A stretch of 64,000 nt of DNA from Candidatus Pacearchaeota archaeon (GCA_018221305.1 JAAOYK010000051.1:20085-84084); one strand, 5' to 3'. Positions 19,205-29,390 are shown, counted from the stretch's first letter. The notes: a model not told the origin generated them from the letters alone. A program made the numbers and translations.

Positions 19205-19891
19205 ATGAAAATAAGAAATCTTAACAAAAAGATCATTGTAAGTATTACTGGTAGTACTGAAAAAGAATGGAAAGACAAATTAGAAGAGATTAAAAAACTG
19301 AAAGTAAAGAGATTTGCAGTTTTTTTATCACAGTACGGGCCCAGTCAAAGACAAAAGATCTATAAAGAACTGCTCAAAATAAAAACAAAAAAGATTAAAA
19401 TCCCCCTAATTCACCTCCGAGATGATATGAATTCAGAAGAGGTAGGATTTTTAGTCAAGAATTTTAAACCAAAATATTTAACCATCCATGAAGATCATTT
19501 TAAATTTTTAGACAAATGGAAAGAATGGAAAGACAAACTGCTTCTTGAAATGAACTATAACGATCAAGTCCCAAAAGAAGTCGCAGTTGAAAAAATTAAA
19601 GGTTTTTGTATTGATCTTTCTCATTTTAAAGCAAGCCAAAAAAGACAGACAAAAGACTTTGACTACATCATAAGCAAAAAAAAGAGCCGCAAATATTTCA
19701 AAGCTAATCATTTAAACGGATACAACAAACAAAAAGAAAAAGACATCCACAAAATTCAATCTTTAAGAAATTTTGATTACTTAACAAGCCTTCCAAATTT
19801 TTTGTTCGGCAAAGTAATTGCGCTTGAGACACAAAACCCAATCGCGCAACAAATCAAGTTTAAAGAACACATCATCTCGCTTTTATCTTAG
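19205..19891 (+). CDS. Hypothetical protein
   Basis: 228-aa Lys-rich ORF with no recognisable motif. Coding status inferred from length and intergenic placement. Confidence 0.45.
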   Translation: MKIRNLNKKIIVSITGSTEKEWKDKLEEIKKLKVKRFAVFLSQYGPSQRQKIYKELLKIKTKKIKIPLIHLRDDMNSEEVGFLVKNFKPKYLTIHEDHFKFLDKWKEWKDKLLLEMNYNDQVPKEVAVEKIKGFCIDLSHFKASQKRQTKDFDYIISKKKSRKYFKANHLNGYNKQKEKDIHKIQSLRNFDYLTSLPNFLFGKVIALETQNPIAQQIKFKEHIISLLS

Positions 19892-19946
19892 AAATATTTA
19901 TTAACTAACAGTTCATAAAATGATTAATTAAAATTAACTATAGTCA

Positions 19947-20522
19947 ATGACAAAAAAAGTTTTAGTGATCGTGGCCCATCCAGACGACGAAACAATTTGG
20001 ATGGGGGGAACACTTCTATCCAATCCCAAATGGAACGTTACAATCATCAGCCTGTGCCGTAAAACAGACACAGACCGCGCTCCGAAATTTAAAAAAGTCT
20101 GTCGAGTTTACAACGCAAAATCTTTTATCTCAGATTTAGAAGACGAAGATTTAAAAGATCTGGACCGCGAAGAATTTACAAAACGGATTTTAAAGTTCGC
20201 AGACAAAAGTTATGACTACATCTTCACGCACGGACGCAACGGAGAGTACGGACACAAACGCCACATAGAAACACACAACGCCGTGAAGTTTCTCGTCGAT
20301 AAAAAACAAATCTTGGCAAAAAAACTTTTTTTCTTTTCTTACCGCAAGTCTGGAGCGATCTGTAACGCGAGCGCGCGTTCGGATAAGTTTATAAACATCA
20401 AAGACGAAATTTATTTAGAGAAAAAAAAGATTATCACAAAAATTTATGGATTTCAAAGGGGAGGGTTTGAAGAGAAGTGCTCTAAAAAAATTGAAGGTTT
20501 TAAAATTAAAAAAATAAAATGA
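19947..20522 (+). CDS. PIG-L/LmbE-family N-acetylglucosaminyl deacetylase
   Basis: VLVIVAHPDDETIWMGG and HKRH motifs. Confidence 0.8.
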   Translation: MTKKVLVIVAHPDDETIWMGGTLLSNPKWNVTIISLCRKTDTDRAPKFKKVCRVYNAKSFISDLEDEDLKDLDREEFTKRILKFADKSYDYIFTHGRNGEYGHKRHIETHNAVKFLVDKKQILAKKLFFFSYRKSGAICNASARSDKFINIKDEIYLEKKKIITKIYGFQRGGFEEKCSKKIEGFKIKKIK

Positions 20523-21658
20523 AAAGTTTAGTTCTTTATGCATATCCTGCAGAACCTGATGGTCAAAGTTTGCAAGGAGACATGCTTTACCGCGGCATCT
20601 TAAACGCAAACGAAGAAGCAATACCTTGCCACTTTCAAGACAGCGTACAAAAAGAGTTTTACCTAAAACATGTCAAACCAGATGTTGCGTTTGGAATCGG
20701 ATTTTGGGGGAACGTTCCAGAGATTGTACAAACACCTCTGCGTTATAAGGTTACACCAATCCCTTGGTTTAATGCAGATGGATGGGTTGCCAATTATCAA
20801 GAAGAATTTGACAAATTGGATTTAATGTTTACCACAAGCGAGTGGGTAAGACAAATCTACAAAAGAGATGGAGTAAATGTTAACAAAATTATCCCAATGC
20901 ATATAGGCATTGATACAAACTTATTCAAACCAACAAATCGCCCAGACCTTAACAAAGCAATTAAAAAAATGTTTGGAGTAGATAGTCATGAAAAAATGAT
21001 TCTAACAGTTGGAGGAGACGTGACATCAAAAGGTGCTCAGGAAATGATGAGAGCATTAGCCTTAATTGATAAAGAATACAAGGATTGGAAATATATTTGT
21101 AAATCCTGGCCCAGTGATTGTTCTGATGATTGGCGAGAAAAAGAAATGATTTTAGCAGATAAGTTAGGGATCGGGGATAAAGTTGAATTTATTGACGATG
21201 AATTTAGCCAAGAGTTCATGGTTCACTTATTAAATGCTACAGACATTTATGCAGCCCCTTCACGTATTGAAGGATACGGAATGATTCAAGTAGAAGCAAT
21301 GAGCTGTGCTAAACCAATAATCTCAATAAATAAAATGGGCCCGTGTGAAACAATAATACACAACAAAACAGGCCTCTTAGCAGGAGTTGATGAAGAAATA
21401 AAGTTAGACAGAGAATGGGCTTTTGAACACATGGGCTTTAACAAAAAACATATTGTTGAATTTAAAGAACCAAAAACTTTCGGGTACAGAGCAAATATTG
21501 AAGATTTACGCAAACATACCTTAAATCTTTTAGAAGATGAGGAACTTGTAAAACAAATGGGTGAAAATGCTAGAAAACATGTTGTAAAAAATTTAGACTA
21601 CAGAAACATTTCGCAAAAAATGCTAGAAATCACTAAAAAAAAGTTAGGCTTGGATTAA
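20519..21658 (+). CDS. GT4-family glycosyltransferase
   Basis: 379 aa. EGYGMIQVEAMSCAKPII (EX7E region). ATGA overlap with the upstream gene. Confidence 0.8.
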   Translation: MKSLVLYAYPAEPDGQSLQGDMLYRGILNANEEAIPCHFQDSVQKEFYLKHVKPDVAFGIGFWGNVPEIVQTPLRYKVTPIPWFNADGWVANYQEEFDKLDLMFTTSEWVRQIYKRDGVNVNKIIPMHIGIDTNLFKPTNRPDLNKAIKKMFGVDSHEKMILTVGGDVTSKGAQEMMRALALIDKEYKDWKYICKSWPSDCSDDWREKEMILADKLGIGDKVEFIDDEFSQEFMVHLLNATDIYAAPSRIEGYGMIQVEAMSCAKPIISINKMGPCETIIHNKTGLLAGVDEEIKLDREWAFEHMGFNKKHIVEFKEPKTFGYRANIEDLRKHTLNLLEDEELVKQMGENARKHVVKNLDYRNISQKMLEITKKKLGLD

Positions 21659-21704
21659 TAAAAATTGCAAGGTTATACAAATACATATCAACGATAAAAA
21701 TGAT

Positions 21705-22835
21705 TTACAACAACACTTTCTTTTTCTTTAAAGAATTATATGCCCACATGTATGTTCCAGCGCTCCATGCCTGAAAAATTCCGTGCGTCTTCTTTGTTTT
21801 AGGATCAATCCATTCAGGATAACAGTTTCCCTTAATATTTGAATAAGCTAAGCTTTCAAGTGCTTGTCTTGCTTTTTTAAACATTTTTAACTTTATCAAT
21901 GCCAACACATAAAATCCCCCAATATATGTCCAAATCCCACCATTTAAATAATGAAACGGTTGTCCTGCTTCACAATCTTGATAATAATCTTTCCAGTCCT
22001 TATCTCCTTTTTTTATCGGAGGGAAAATTGCTTTCACAGGATAGGGCTTATCAATACGTTTAACTTCAATATGACGCAATATTTTTTTTGCTTGACTCTT
22101 ATTTGCCAATCCAAAAACAATTGCCATTAAATTTCCTAAAGAATCAAACCATTTACCAATTTCTAAATATTTATTATGATTTTTCCAACGATACGCCCAA
22201 TAATAATTCCCATTCCAAAGTCCTGCATCTTTATTCCAATTAACATTTCGAGTCAACATATTAAGGAGCCTTCGATGCCACGTAAGCTTCAAAGTATAAT
22301 AATAAAGAGCCTGAGTATTTAAGGTACGCCCATATTTATGAGGGAAAGCGTCTTGCCAATCAGTTGTTGGCAATTGTTCCAACATACCATCTTCACCCAT
22401 ATCCTGATAAGTAAGCCAAACAAAAGCTTTTTTTAATTGACGCTTATATTTTCTACAAAGTGATTTATCATTATACCTTTTTTTATAAATATGATTACCA
22501 ATAATCCACCAAAGAGTAGAATCAATAGACAAAAAATCAATAAGCGGTTTCTTTTTTTTATCTTCAAACCCATGAACTGCATTTGGGATCTGCCCTTTTT
22601 CGCTTTGAGCATTACCTAATGTAATAATACTTTTCTTAAATTGTTCTTGATAAATAGAATCTTTATCAGTACTTGCACCAATCAAAGTAATCATGCTGTC
22701 CCTAGACCAGACACCTTTATAACCATTCTTCCCTCCAGAAGCATAGAGCCCATGTTTAGTGTCACATCTATCCAAAGTTTCTTCAGCCTTTTTATATGCC
22801 TTATCTAATAACCTATCTCCAGTTAAATTCACCAT
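21705..22835 (-). CDS. GDE_C-like (alpha/alpha)6 glycoside hydrolase (amylo-alpha-1,6-glucosidase / neutral-invertase-like)
   Basis: GVWSRDSMITLIG and an aromatic-rich barrel. The track start is 22859, but the ATG at 22835 fits the TATA-like box at 22863-22871. Confidence 0.6.
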   Translation of the reverse strand: MVNLTGDRLLDKAYKKAEETLDRCDTKHGLYASGGKNGYKGVWSRDSMITLIGASTDKDSIYQEQFKKSIITLGNAQSEKGQIPNAVHGFEDKKKKPLIDFLSIDSTLWWIIGNHIYKKRYNDKSLCRKYKRQLKKAFVWLTYQDMGEDGMLEQLPTTDWQDAFPHKYGRTLNTQALYYYTLKLTWHRRLLNMLTRNVNWNKDAGLWNGNYYWAYRWKNHNKYLEIGKWFDSLGNLMAIVFGLANKSQAKKILRHIEVKRIDKPYPVKAIFPPIKKGDKDWKDYYQDCEAGQPFHYLNGGIWTYIGGFYVLALIKLKMFKKARQALESLAYSNIKGNCYPEWIDPKTKKTHGIFQAWSAGTYMWAYNSLKKKKVLL

Positions 22836-22930
22836 TTTTATACATACAAATAGACCCATTTTATTATAAAGGTTTCTCTAGAAATCTTTATTAATATACG
22901 ATAAATAATAATACTATAAAAGAGGAAAAA

Positions 22931-23881
22931 ATGCAAAAAATAATAAAAATAAATAGTCTGAACGAATTTCTTACAAACCTGATAAAAGATTATACAGTTA
23001 TTGCTCCTGTAAAAGAAAGAACAACAAAATTTAAAGCAATATTAGATCCAAAGCAAATTTATTTGGATAAAATAACAAAAATTCCATTAAAAAAATTCTT
23101 TTTACCAGAAGAAGAGTTACTTCTTGCATTTAAAGAAAATAAGATAACTGAAGTAAGACCAAAAACTAAACCTACAATTATCTTTGGTGCAAGAAAGTGT
23201 GACCTTAATGCGATTAATGTACTCGATAAAGTAATGAAAGACCCAAACTATATGCATAGAAGGAAAAACACAATACTAATTGGCATGTACTGCACTCATC
23301 CGGATAAGTACTGCTTTTGTGAATCAATGGAGTTAATCAATTTTTATGACCTTTTCTTTTATCCGTACAATGGCCATTATTACATATCAATAGGTTCAAA
23401 AAAAGGAGAAGCACTAGTCAAACATTTACCAAGTGCAAAAAAAGAAATAACACTCAAATTCAAGAATACTAAGAAAATCAAGAACAAAGATATAGCAGCA
23501 GACTATCAAAACACAATCTGGGAGACAGATGCAAACAAATGTTTAAGTTGTTCTGCATGTACTGTTGTATGCCCTACTTGTAATTGCTTTGATATAAAAG
23601 ACAAATCATTAATTAACAAAAAGCAAGGAAGAAGAACAAGATCTTCTGCATCATGTCAACTTAAATCATTTAGTCGTGTTGCAGGCGGAAAAGCATTTAG
23701 AGATAGCAGATTATCACGTTTCAAACATTTTGTATATCATAAAATTGTATATTTTAAAAATCGCCACAAAATTTATATGTGTGTTGGCTGCGGAAGATGT
23801 TTACGTGCCTGTCCAACCCATATTGATTGGACAAAAACAATTAATATATTAAGTAAAACAAAAAAAATTCAAAAAAAATAA
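22931..23881 (+). CDS. hydB: Sulfhydrogenase (group 3b NiFe) beta subunit, 4Fe-4S protein
   Basis: 316 aa. CLSCSACTVVCPTCNC and CVGCGRCLRACP ferredoxin motifs. First gene of a beta-gamma-delta-alpha order. Confidence 0.8.
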   Translation: MQKIIKINSLNEFLTNLIKDYTVIAPVKERTTKFKAILDPKQIYLDKITKIPLKKFFLPEEELLLAFKENKITEVRPKTKPTIIFGARKCDLNAINVLDKVMKDPNYMHRRKNTILIGMYCTHPDKYCFCESMELINFYDLFFYPYNGHYYISIGSKKGEALVKHLPSAKKEITLKFKNTKKIKNKDIAADYQNTIWETDANKCLSCSACTVVCPTCNCFDIKDKSLINKKQGRRTRSSASCQLKSFSRVAGGKAFRDSRLSRFKHFVYHKIVYFKNRHKIYMCVGCGRCLRACPTHIDWTKTINILSKTKKIQKK

Positions 23882-23883
23882 AA

Positions 23884-24699
23884 ATGGTATATCACCCACA
23901 ACCATACATAATAGACCACGTAAAAACAATTAATAAAGAAGTAAAACTATTTAGAATAAAGTCAGACTTAAACCCAAAACCAGGCCAATTCTTTGAAATA
24001 TCTATGCCAGGGATTGGCGAATGCCCATTAGCATCTTGTTCACATAACCCGCACCAAATAGACATGTTAACCCGCCTTGCAGGAAACGTAACAACTGCAT
24101 TTTTTCAATTAAAAAAAGGCGACATAGTCCACATCAGGGGACCATACGGTAAAGGATTTCCGTTAGGCAAACTAAAAAATAAAAACCTAATCCTAATAGC
24201 AGGAGGGACCGGCCTTGCCCCAATAACATCACTAATAAACTATATCGAACAAAATAGATCACATTTTGGAAATATTATAATTTATTTCGGTTTTAGAAAT
24301 CCAGAGTACATTCTTTTAAAAGATAAAATAAAGGAATGGAGAAAGAAATTTAAGGTAACAATTTGCCTTGACAAACTAGAAGGCGACAAACAATGTAAAG
24401 AAGGCTTTGTCCATGAGGTAATGAATAAAGCTCCACCCGACACAGCAGAAACTATTGCCCTTATGTGCGGCCCTGAAATTATGATGAAATCAGTAACACA
24501 AACTCTTAACAAGCTAGGATTAACTGACGACAAGATTTACTGGAGCATGGAACGCCGAATGGAATGTGCTTTTGGGAACTGTGGCCGATGCTTAATTCAG
24601 GATGTCTATGTTTGTCGTGATGGACCTGTTTTTCGTTATGATCATATTAAACCAAGGTTAGAAAACGAAGAAACATCAAACAAAATAAAAACACACTAA
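23884..24699 (+). CDS. hydG: Sulfhydrogenase gamma subunit (FAD/NAD(P)-binding, 2Fe-2S)
   Basis: 271 aa. GGTGLAP nucleotide motif and C-terminal CAFGNCGRCLI cluster. Confidence 0.8.
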   Translation: MVYHPQPYIIDHVKTINKEVKLFRIKSDLNPKPGQFFEISMPGIGECPLASCSHNPHQIDMLTRLAGNVTTAFFQLKKGDIVHIRGPYGKGFPLGKLKNKNLILIAGGTGLAPITSLINYIEQNRSHFGNIIIYFGFRNPEYILLKDKIKEWRKKFKVTICLDKLEGDKQCKEGFVHEVMNKAPPDTAETIALMCGPEIMMKSVTQTLNKLGLTDDKIYWSMERRMECAFGNCGRCLIQDVYVCRDGPVFRYDHIKPRLENEETSNKIKTH

Positions 24700-24701
24700 A
24701 G

Positions 24702-25493
24702 ATGAAACAAAAAAAAGAAAATACAACTGAAAAATTAAAAATAGGACTTTATGGGATTTCTGGATGCGCAGGATGTTTATTAACAGTAATCTATGAAGAT
24801 TGTTTTACAGAGATTAACGAATTAGTAGACATAAAAGCTTTTCCACTTATTAAAGAAGATAATTACAAAGGCCCACTAGATTATTGCTTTATTGAAGGAA
24901 CAGTTTGTTTTGATGAAGATATAATAACTTTAAAAAAATTAAGAAAACGCAGCAAATATATTGTAGCACTTGGGGCATGTTCTCATGTTGGAGGAGTTCC
25001 TTCAATGAAAAATTTTCTAAATAAAGATAAAGTTATGCGTTTTGTTTACCCAAAATATAATCATTTAAAGTCCACTAACCCAACTCCAATTAACAAACAT
25101 ATCAAAGTTGACTACTACCTCCCACAATGTCCACCATCAAAAAAAGAAATCTTAGAATTTGTGCAAGCCATTACCTCAAACAGACCGTTTCGGCTTACAG
25201 AAGACCCAGTATGCTTTGAATGTCGAAAAAAAGGAAACCCGTGCCTATTAAACCAAGGCCAACTTTGCCTTGGACCAATAACACGCGGGGGCTGTGATGC
25301 ATTATGTCCTACAAATGATACAATTTGTTATGGCTGCAGAGGACCGTGTCCTGATGCAAATATTCATGCTTTTAAAGAATTATTAAAAGAAAAAGGATAC
25401 ACACAAAAAGAGTTAGTTGCCAAGATGCAGACATTTGCAGGATTACAATTTAAAGAATTTGAAGAGGAAAAATCAACATGGTTAGAGAAATAA
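24702..25493 (+). CDS. hydD: NiFe hydrogenase small (delta) subunit
   Basis: 263 aa. SGCAGC at the N-terminus and multiple Cys clusters (CFECRKKGNPC, GGCDALCP, CYGCRGPC). Confidence 0.85.
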   Translation: MKQKKENTTEKLKIGLYGISGCAGCLLTVIYEDCFTEINELVDIKAFPLIKEDNYKGPLDYCFIEGTVCFDEDIITLKKLRKRSKYIVALGACSHVGGVPSMKNFLNKDKVMRFVYPKYNHLKSTNPTPINKHIKVDYYLPQCPPSKKEILEFVQAITSNRPFRLTEDPVCFECRKKGNPCLLNQGQLCLGPITRGGCDALCPTNDTICYGCRGPCPDANIHAFKELLKEKGYTQKELVAKMQTFAGLQFKEFEEEKSTWLEK

Positions 25494-26767
25494 ATTTAAA
25501 TCACATTTGTAAGATTGAAGGACATGCCCACCTTAATCTCAAAATTGAACATAACAAAGTAATACAGTGTCACTTAAAAGCAAGCGAAGGTGCGCGGTTT
25601 TTTGAAGCTTTAGTTCTTGGCAAGCAAGTAAAAGATGTTCAAGAGATAGTAAGCCGGATTTGTGGGATTTGTAGTAGTGCTCACACTGTAGCATCAATTC
25701 AAGCATTAGAAGAAGCATTGAACATAAAACCAACAAGACAACAAAAATTTATTAGAGAACTACTAATGATTGGTGAACGTATAAGAAGCCATGCAACACA
25801 CCTTTACTTTCTTGCACTTCCAGATTATTATAACAAAGCATCAGCCCTGCAGTTAGGCCCAGAACATAAAGAAAAAATTAATGATGCTATATCTCTAATA
25901 ACATTAGGTAACAAAATAGTAGAAGTTTTTGGAGGTCGCGAGATCCATCCATTCCTGGATATTAAAGAAGAATTACCACAAACAAGCCTTCAAGGAATAT
26001 TAAATCAGCTAAAACAATCAAAACCAAAAATAATTCAGACAATAAACCTTTTTGCAAATCTTCAATATAAAAAATTTGAACGAAAGACAGACTACCTTTG
26101 TTTAAAAGATGACAAAAATTATGCAAACATCTCTGGAAAGATAGTTACACTCTCTGGACTTATCAATGATAATAATTATAAGAGACATATTAAAGAGTCT
26201 GTAAAAGAATACGCCACATCAAAGTTTGCTCTTCAAAACAATAAACCATATTGTGTCGGCTCTATTGCCAGGATCAACAATAATCAAGCAACAATTGATA
26301 ATGAAACAAAAACAATCATGCAACAATTAAACATATCTCTCCCATTTACTAATCCGTTTCATAATAATATAGCTCAAGCACTTGAATTACTAATCCATAC
26401 AAACCAAGCAATAAAACTTATTGAAAATATGCCACAAAAAGAAAAGCTACACAGCACAGTTATTAAATCCGGTCACGGAATATCAGCAGTAGAAGCTCCG
26501 CGCGGGACACTATTTCATGAGTATAAAATAAATGAGCATGGAAAAGTAACATATTGTAACATAATAACACCAACCGTACAAAACCTAAACATGATGGAAT
26601 CTGATATCGCAGGCCTAGTAAATCAATTATTAGAAGAAAAAACATCACGAAAACAAATAGTATTAGAAGTTGAAAAACTAATACGCTCATATGATCCTTG
26701 TTTCTCATGTTCAACACATTTTTTAAAGGTAAATTGGTTAGAGGAGTATAATGAAAAAACACACTAA
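25478..26767 (+). CDS. hydA: NiFe hydrogenase large (alpha) subunit
   Basis: 429 aa. N-terminal RICGICSSAH and C-terminal DPCFSCSTH Ni-Fe ligand motifs. Confidence 0.9.
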   Translation: MVREINLNHICKIEGHAHLNLKIEHNKVIQCHLKASEGARFFEALVLGKQVKDVQEIVSRICGICSSAHTVASIQALEEALNIKPTRQQKFIRELLMIGERIRSHATHLYFLALPDYYNKASALQLGPEHKEKINDAISLITLGNKIVEVFGGREIHPFLDIKEELPQTSLQGILNQLKQSKPKIIQTINLFANLQYKKFERKTDYLCLKDDKNYANISGKIVTLSGLINDNNYKRHIKESVKEYATSKFALQNNKPYCVGSIARINNNQATIDNETKTIMQQLNISLPFTNPFHNNIAQALELLIHTNQAIKLIENMPQKEKLHSTVIKSGHGISAVEAPRGTLFHEYKINEHGKVTYCNIITPTVQNLNMMESDIAGLVNQLLEEKTSRKQIVLEVEKLIRSYDPCFSCSTHFLKVNWLEEYNEKTH

Positions 26768-27020
26768 ACACGGACTAATAACAGGAGTAATAGCTAGTGT
26801 TCTGTTTCTGTTATATAAAATATTTAAGCCAAGATTTAATGGGAAAATAACAGACCTAAATCAGGAATTATTTTCTCAAGGTTGGACATCAATTGCAACG
26901 ATTAAAGGCTTTTTTGAAATTATTGGCATGACCCTCTTAGTTTTAATAATCTTTTTTTTCATTGGATCCTGTATTTCTTATCTAATAAGTAAAATCAAGA
27001 AAAAACTTAAAAAGAAGTAA
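26751..27020 (+). CDS. Small two-TM membrane protein
   Basis: 89 aa with two hydrophobic helices and a Lys-rich tail. Overlaps the hydA stop by 17 nt. Confidence 0.4.
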   Translation: MKKHTKHGLITGVIASVLFLLYKIFKPRFNGKITDLNQELFSQGWTSIATIKGFFEIIGMTLLVLIIFFFIGSCISYLISKIKKKLKKK

Positions 27021-27378
27021 TTAACCCTTCAACAGACTTCCTAATTTTATTCATGTCTCCTTCGATAGGAATTCCAAGAATCTTTACCAGATCAGAATTA
27101 CCCAACAATTTCAAAACAAATCCAGCATCAAAGTCATGCGCAGAAAAAATACTATCCTGACGCAAATCATTAATATTTAGTAATTTAACTTCATTCAAAC
27201 CCGACACAACATCTAATACAAATATTTTTTCATCTTCACTGTTCTGCATCACTTCCATTAACTGAAAACTATCATTAATCATAAAAACATCAAACACCCC
27301 CCCAAGCGTCTCTCCTATTTTTTTGGCCAAACTGTCCTCTTTAATAAATTCATTGCCAAGACAAATTATTTTAGTCAT
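27007..27378 (-). CDS. Hydrogenase maturation endopeptidase (HycI/HoxW-like)
   Basis: 123 aa. MTKIICLGNEFIKEDSLA resembles the GxGNxxxxDDGxG N-terminus. Genomic context next to hydA. Confidence 0.65.
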   Translation of the reverse strand: MTKIICLGNEFIKEDSLAKKIGETLGGVFDVFMINDSFQLMEVMQNSEDEKIFVLDVVSGLNEVKLLNINDLRQDSIFSAHDFDAGFVLKLLGNSDLVKILGIPIEGDMNKIRKSVEGLITSF

Positions 27379-27428
27379 ATAACAAATTAATAAGAAATAT
27401 ATAAAAACATTCGCAATTTGAGATTATC

Positions 27429-28349
27429 ATGAAAAAGAGTCGAAATTCTAAAAATCTAAGAGAAATCAGGGGAACATTATTAATTTTACTAACAGCATTC
27501 ATCTCTGGAATGAATATAGTTATCAACAAATTCTTTGTTGTAAAAATAGATCCACTAGTGTTTACTGCTTCAAGAGCTTTATTAATAGGAATAGTATTTT
27601 TTCTAATTTCACTTTACGTATCAAAAAGCACAAAAAAGCATTTTAAGAAAACTTCATGGACAAAATTAATTCTAATAGGAATCATTGGCGGAAGTTTTGC
27701 ATTTTGGTTATTTTTCGAAGGACTAAAACTTACCACTGCAGGCCGGGCAGCATTCATACACAAAACATTACCAATATATGCAGTAATATTTGCTTTCGTA
27801 TTTTTAAAAGAAAAAATATCAAAAAAATATTTGATAGCTTTGACGATAATGCTTTTAGGGCTTTTATTAATAGAACTCTCAAAACTGTCTCTAAATGTAA
27901 GAATAGGAGACCTCTTGGTTTTAAGTGCTACAATTTTATGGGCCATTGAAAATACTCTTGCAAAAAAAGTAATGACCAAAAAAGAATCAAACTGGATTGT
28001 AACATTTAGCAGAATGTTTTTTGGATCTCTTATTTTATTTGCCATAATCTTTTTAGTTGGAAAAACAAACATTTTACTAAGTCTAAATATACAACAAATA
28101 TCGTACATAGCAATATCAGCAACACTACTTTTATTGTACGTCCTAACATGGTACTGGGGTTTAAAATATATTAACCTGTCAAAAGCTTCAACAATCCTAT
28201 TATTATCACCCGTAATTTCATTAATATTAGGAATGATCTGGTTAAGTGAAACAGTTCTCATACCTCAATTGATAGGGTCTATACTAATCTTAATCGGGGC
28301 TTATGTGGTTACGAAAACAAAAAGTGAAAGCAGAATTTTAGGAATTTAA
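27429..28349 (+). CDS. EamA/DMT-family transporter
   Basis: 306 aa, 10 predicted TM helices, duplicated EamA halves. Confidence 0.85.
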   Translation: MKKSRNSKNLREIRGTLLILLTAFISGMNIVINKFFVVKIDPLVFTASRALLIGIVFFLISLYVSKSTKKHFKKTSWTKLILIGIIGGSFAFWLFFEGLKLTTAGRAAFIHKTLPIYAVIFAFVFLKEKISKKYLIALTIMLLGLLLIELSKLSLNVRIGDLLVLSATILWAIENTLAKKVMTKKESNWIVTFSRMFFGSLILFAIIFLVGKTNILLSLNIQQISYIAISATLLLLYVLTWYWGLKYINLSKASTILLLSPVISLILGMIWLSETVLIPQLIGSILILIGAYVVTKTKSESRILGI

Positions 28350-28384
28350 ATCTTTTTTTAAACATTACTAAATACCTATAACAG

Positions 28385-28861
28385 TCATATTTTCTTGACA
28401 GCAGCATGATTATGACACCGAATTTTATCCCCAACATTTGCCGTTGCAAAATATTTTCCAATAGCAATACCCTTACCATCACTATATTCAACTTCATAAA
28501 CCGCAACATCATCCATATAACGAACATTGGTTACAATACCATCACGAACCTTACACATTTCGCACTGCTCATCACTTAATTTTATATAATTCCCCTCGCG
28601 ATCATCAATTAGCTTATTATGTCGCTTAACAAAATATTCATCAACAGCCTCACTGGTTTTTTCACCAATTCTTTTCACAGCTTCACTAAAAACTTGTTCA
28701 AGAACATCACGTGAAGGAACTATGCCTGATTTAGCCATTAAAATTAATTCATCTCTTTGGTCTGGTGTAACCTTTTTTAAATGTACTAAATTTTCTACAC
28801 AAGTTATGCCATATCTAAAAAGTTCTTCTTCATAAGTTGCCATTATTTTCTCTTCAAGCAT
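28385..28861 (-). CDS. Hypothetical protein, translationally coupled to hypC
   Basis: 158 aa. Its start overlaps the hypC stop by 8 nt. No recognised motif. Confidence 0.5.
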   Translation of the reverse strand: MLEEKIMATYEEELFRYGITCVENLVHLKKVTPDQRDELILMAKSGIVPSRDVLEQVFSEAVKRIGEKTSEAVDEYFVKRHNKLIDDREGNYIKLSDEQCEMCKVRDGIVTNVRYMDDVAVYEVEYSDGKGIAIGKYFATANVGDKIRCHNHAAVKKI

Positions 28862-29054
28862 TTTGCATTAATTCTATGCATTTTCTAGCTTTTTCTGAAT
28901 TTATCTTATCAATAACAAAACCACAACTAACAATAACATATTCGCCTAGACTAACATCAAAGAGTTTCTTAACATTTCTTTTCTCACACCCATAATCTAC
29001 AATAACATCATCTCCATTAATTTCTATAATTTTTCCAGGTATTGCTAAACACAT
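28854..29054 (-). CDS. hypC: Hydrogenase assembly chaperone HypC/HupF
   Basis: 66 aa starting MCLAIPGKIIEI. Confidence 0.85.
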   Translation of the reverse strand: MCLAIPGKIIEINGDDVIVDYGCEKRNVKKLFDVSLGEYVIVSCGFVIDKINSEKARKCIELMQNA

Positions 29055-29066
29055 TTTTTTTATATT

Positions 29067-29390
29067 TTAATCACCATATACTACTTTAATAATTTTTATA
29101 TCCTCGCCTTGTATAATCTCAGGAAAACTTTCACATTTCGGACAACAATAAACAACCAGATCATGAAGTCTTTGTCTAATTTTAGCCCTTCCTTCATATC
29201 CACAAGCACATTTAACTTTACTTGTCCGTTCTACAACATCAACCTTCCAAGGCATTTCTTCTTCTAAATGTTCTTTTAAATGCTCTGCTTTAATTCCGGC
29301 AAGTTCACCAACTTCTAAAGTAATCTCAACCACATTATCTTTATTTTCAATATTACTAATTATTGCTTGTATAAAAGAATGTTCATGCAT
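29067..29390 (-). CDS. hypA: Hydrogenase nickel-insertion protein HypA
   Basis: 107 aa. N-terminal MHEHS, CxC...CPKC zinc motif. Confidence 0.85.
   Translation of the reverse strand: MHEHSFIQAIISNIENKDNVVEITLEVGELAGIKAEHLKEHLEEEMPWKVDVVERTSKVKCACGYEGRAKIRQRLHDLVVYCCPKCESFPEIIQGEDIKIIKVVYGD

Noticed and set aside
27614-28261. 215-aa ORF antisense to the EamA transporter gene
   Set aside because: It lies entirely inside the well-supported 10-TM EamA gene on the other strand. It has no motif, and long antisense ORFs are expected in AT-rich, stop-poor frames.
28385-28861. Possibility that the gene after hypC is hypD
   Set aside because: It is only 158 aa (HypD is about 370 aa) and lacks the CGxHxH/CPVC-type HypD motifs. 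It is kept as a hypothetical, possibly hydrogenase-associated, protein.
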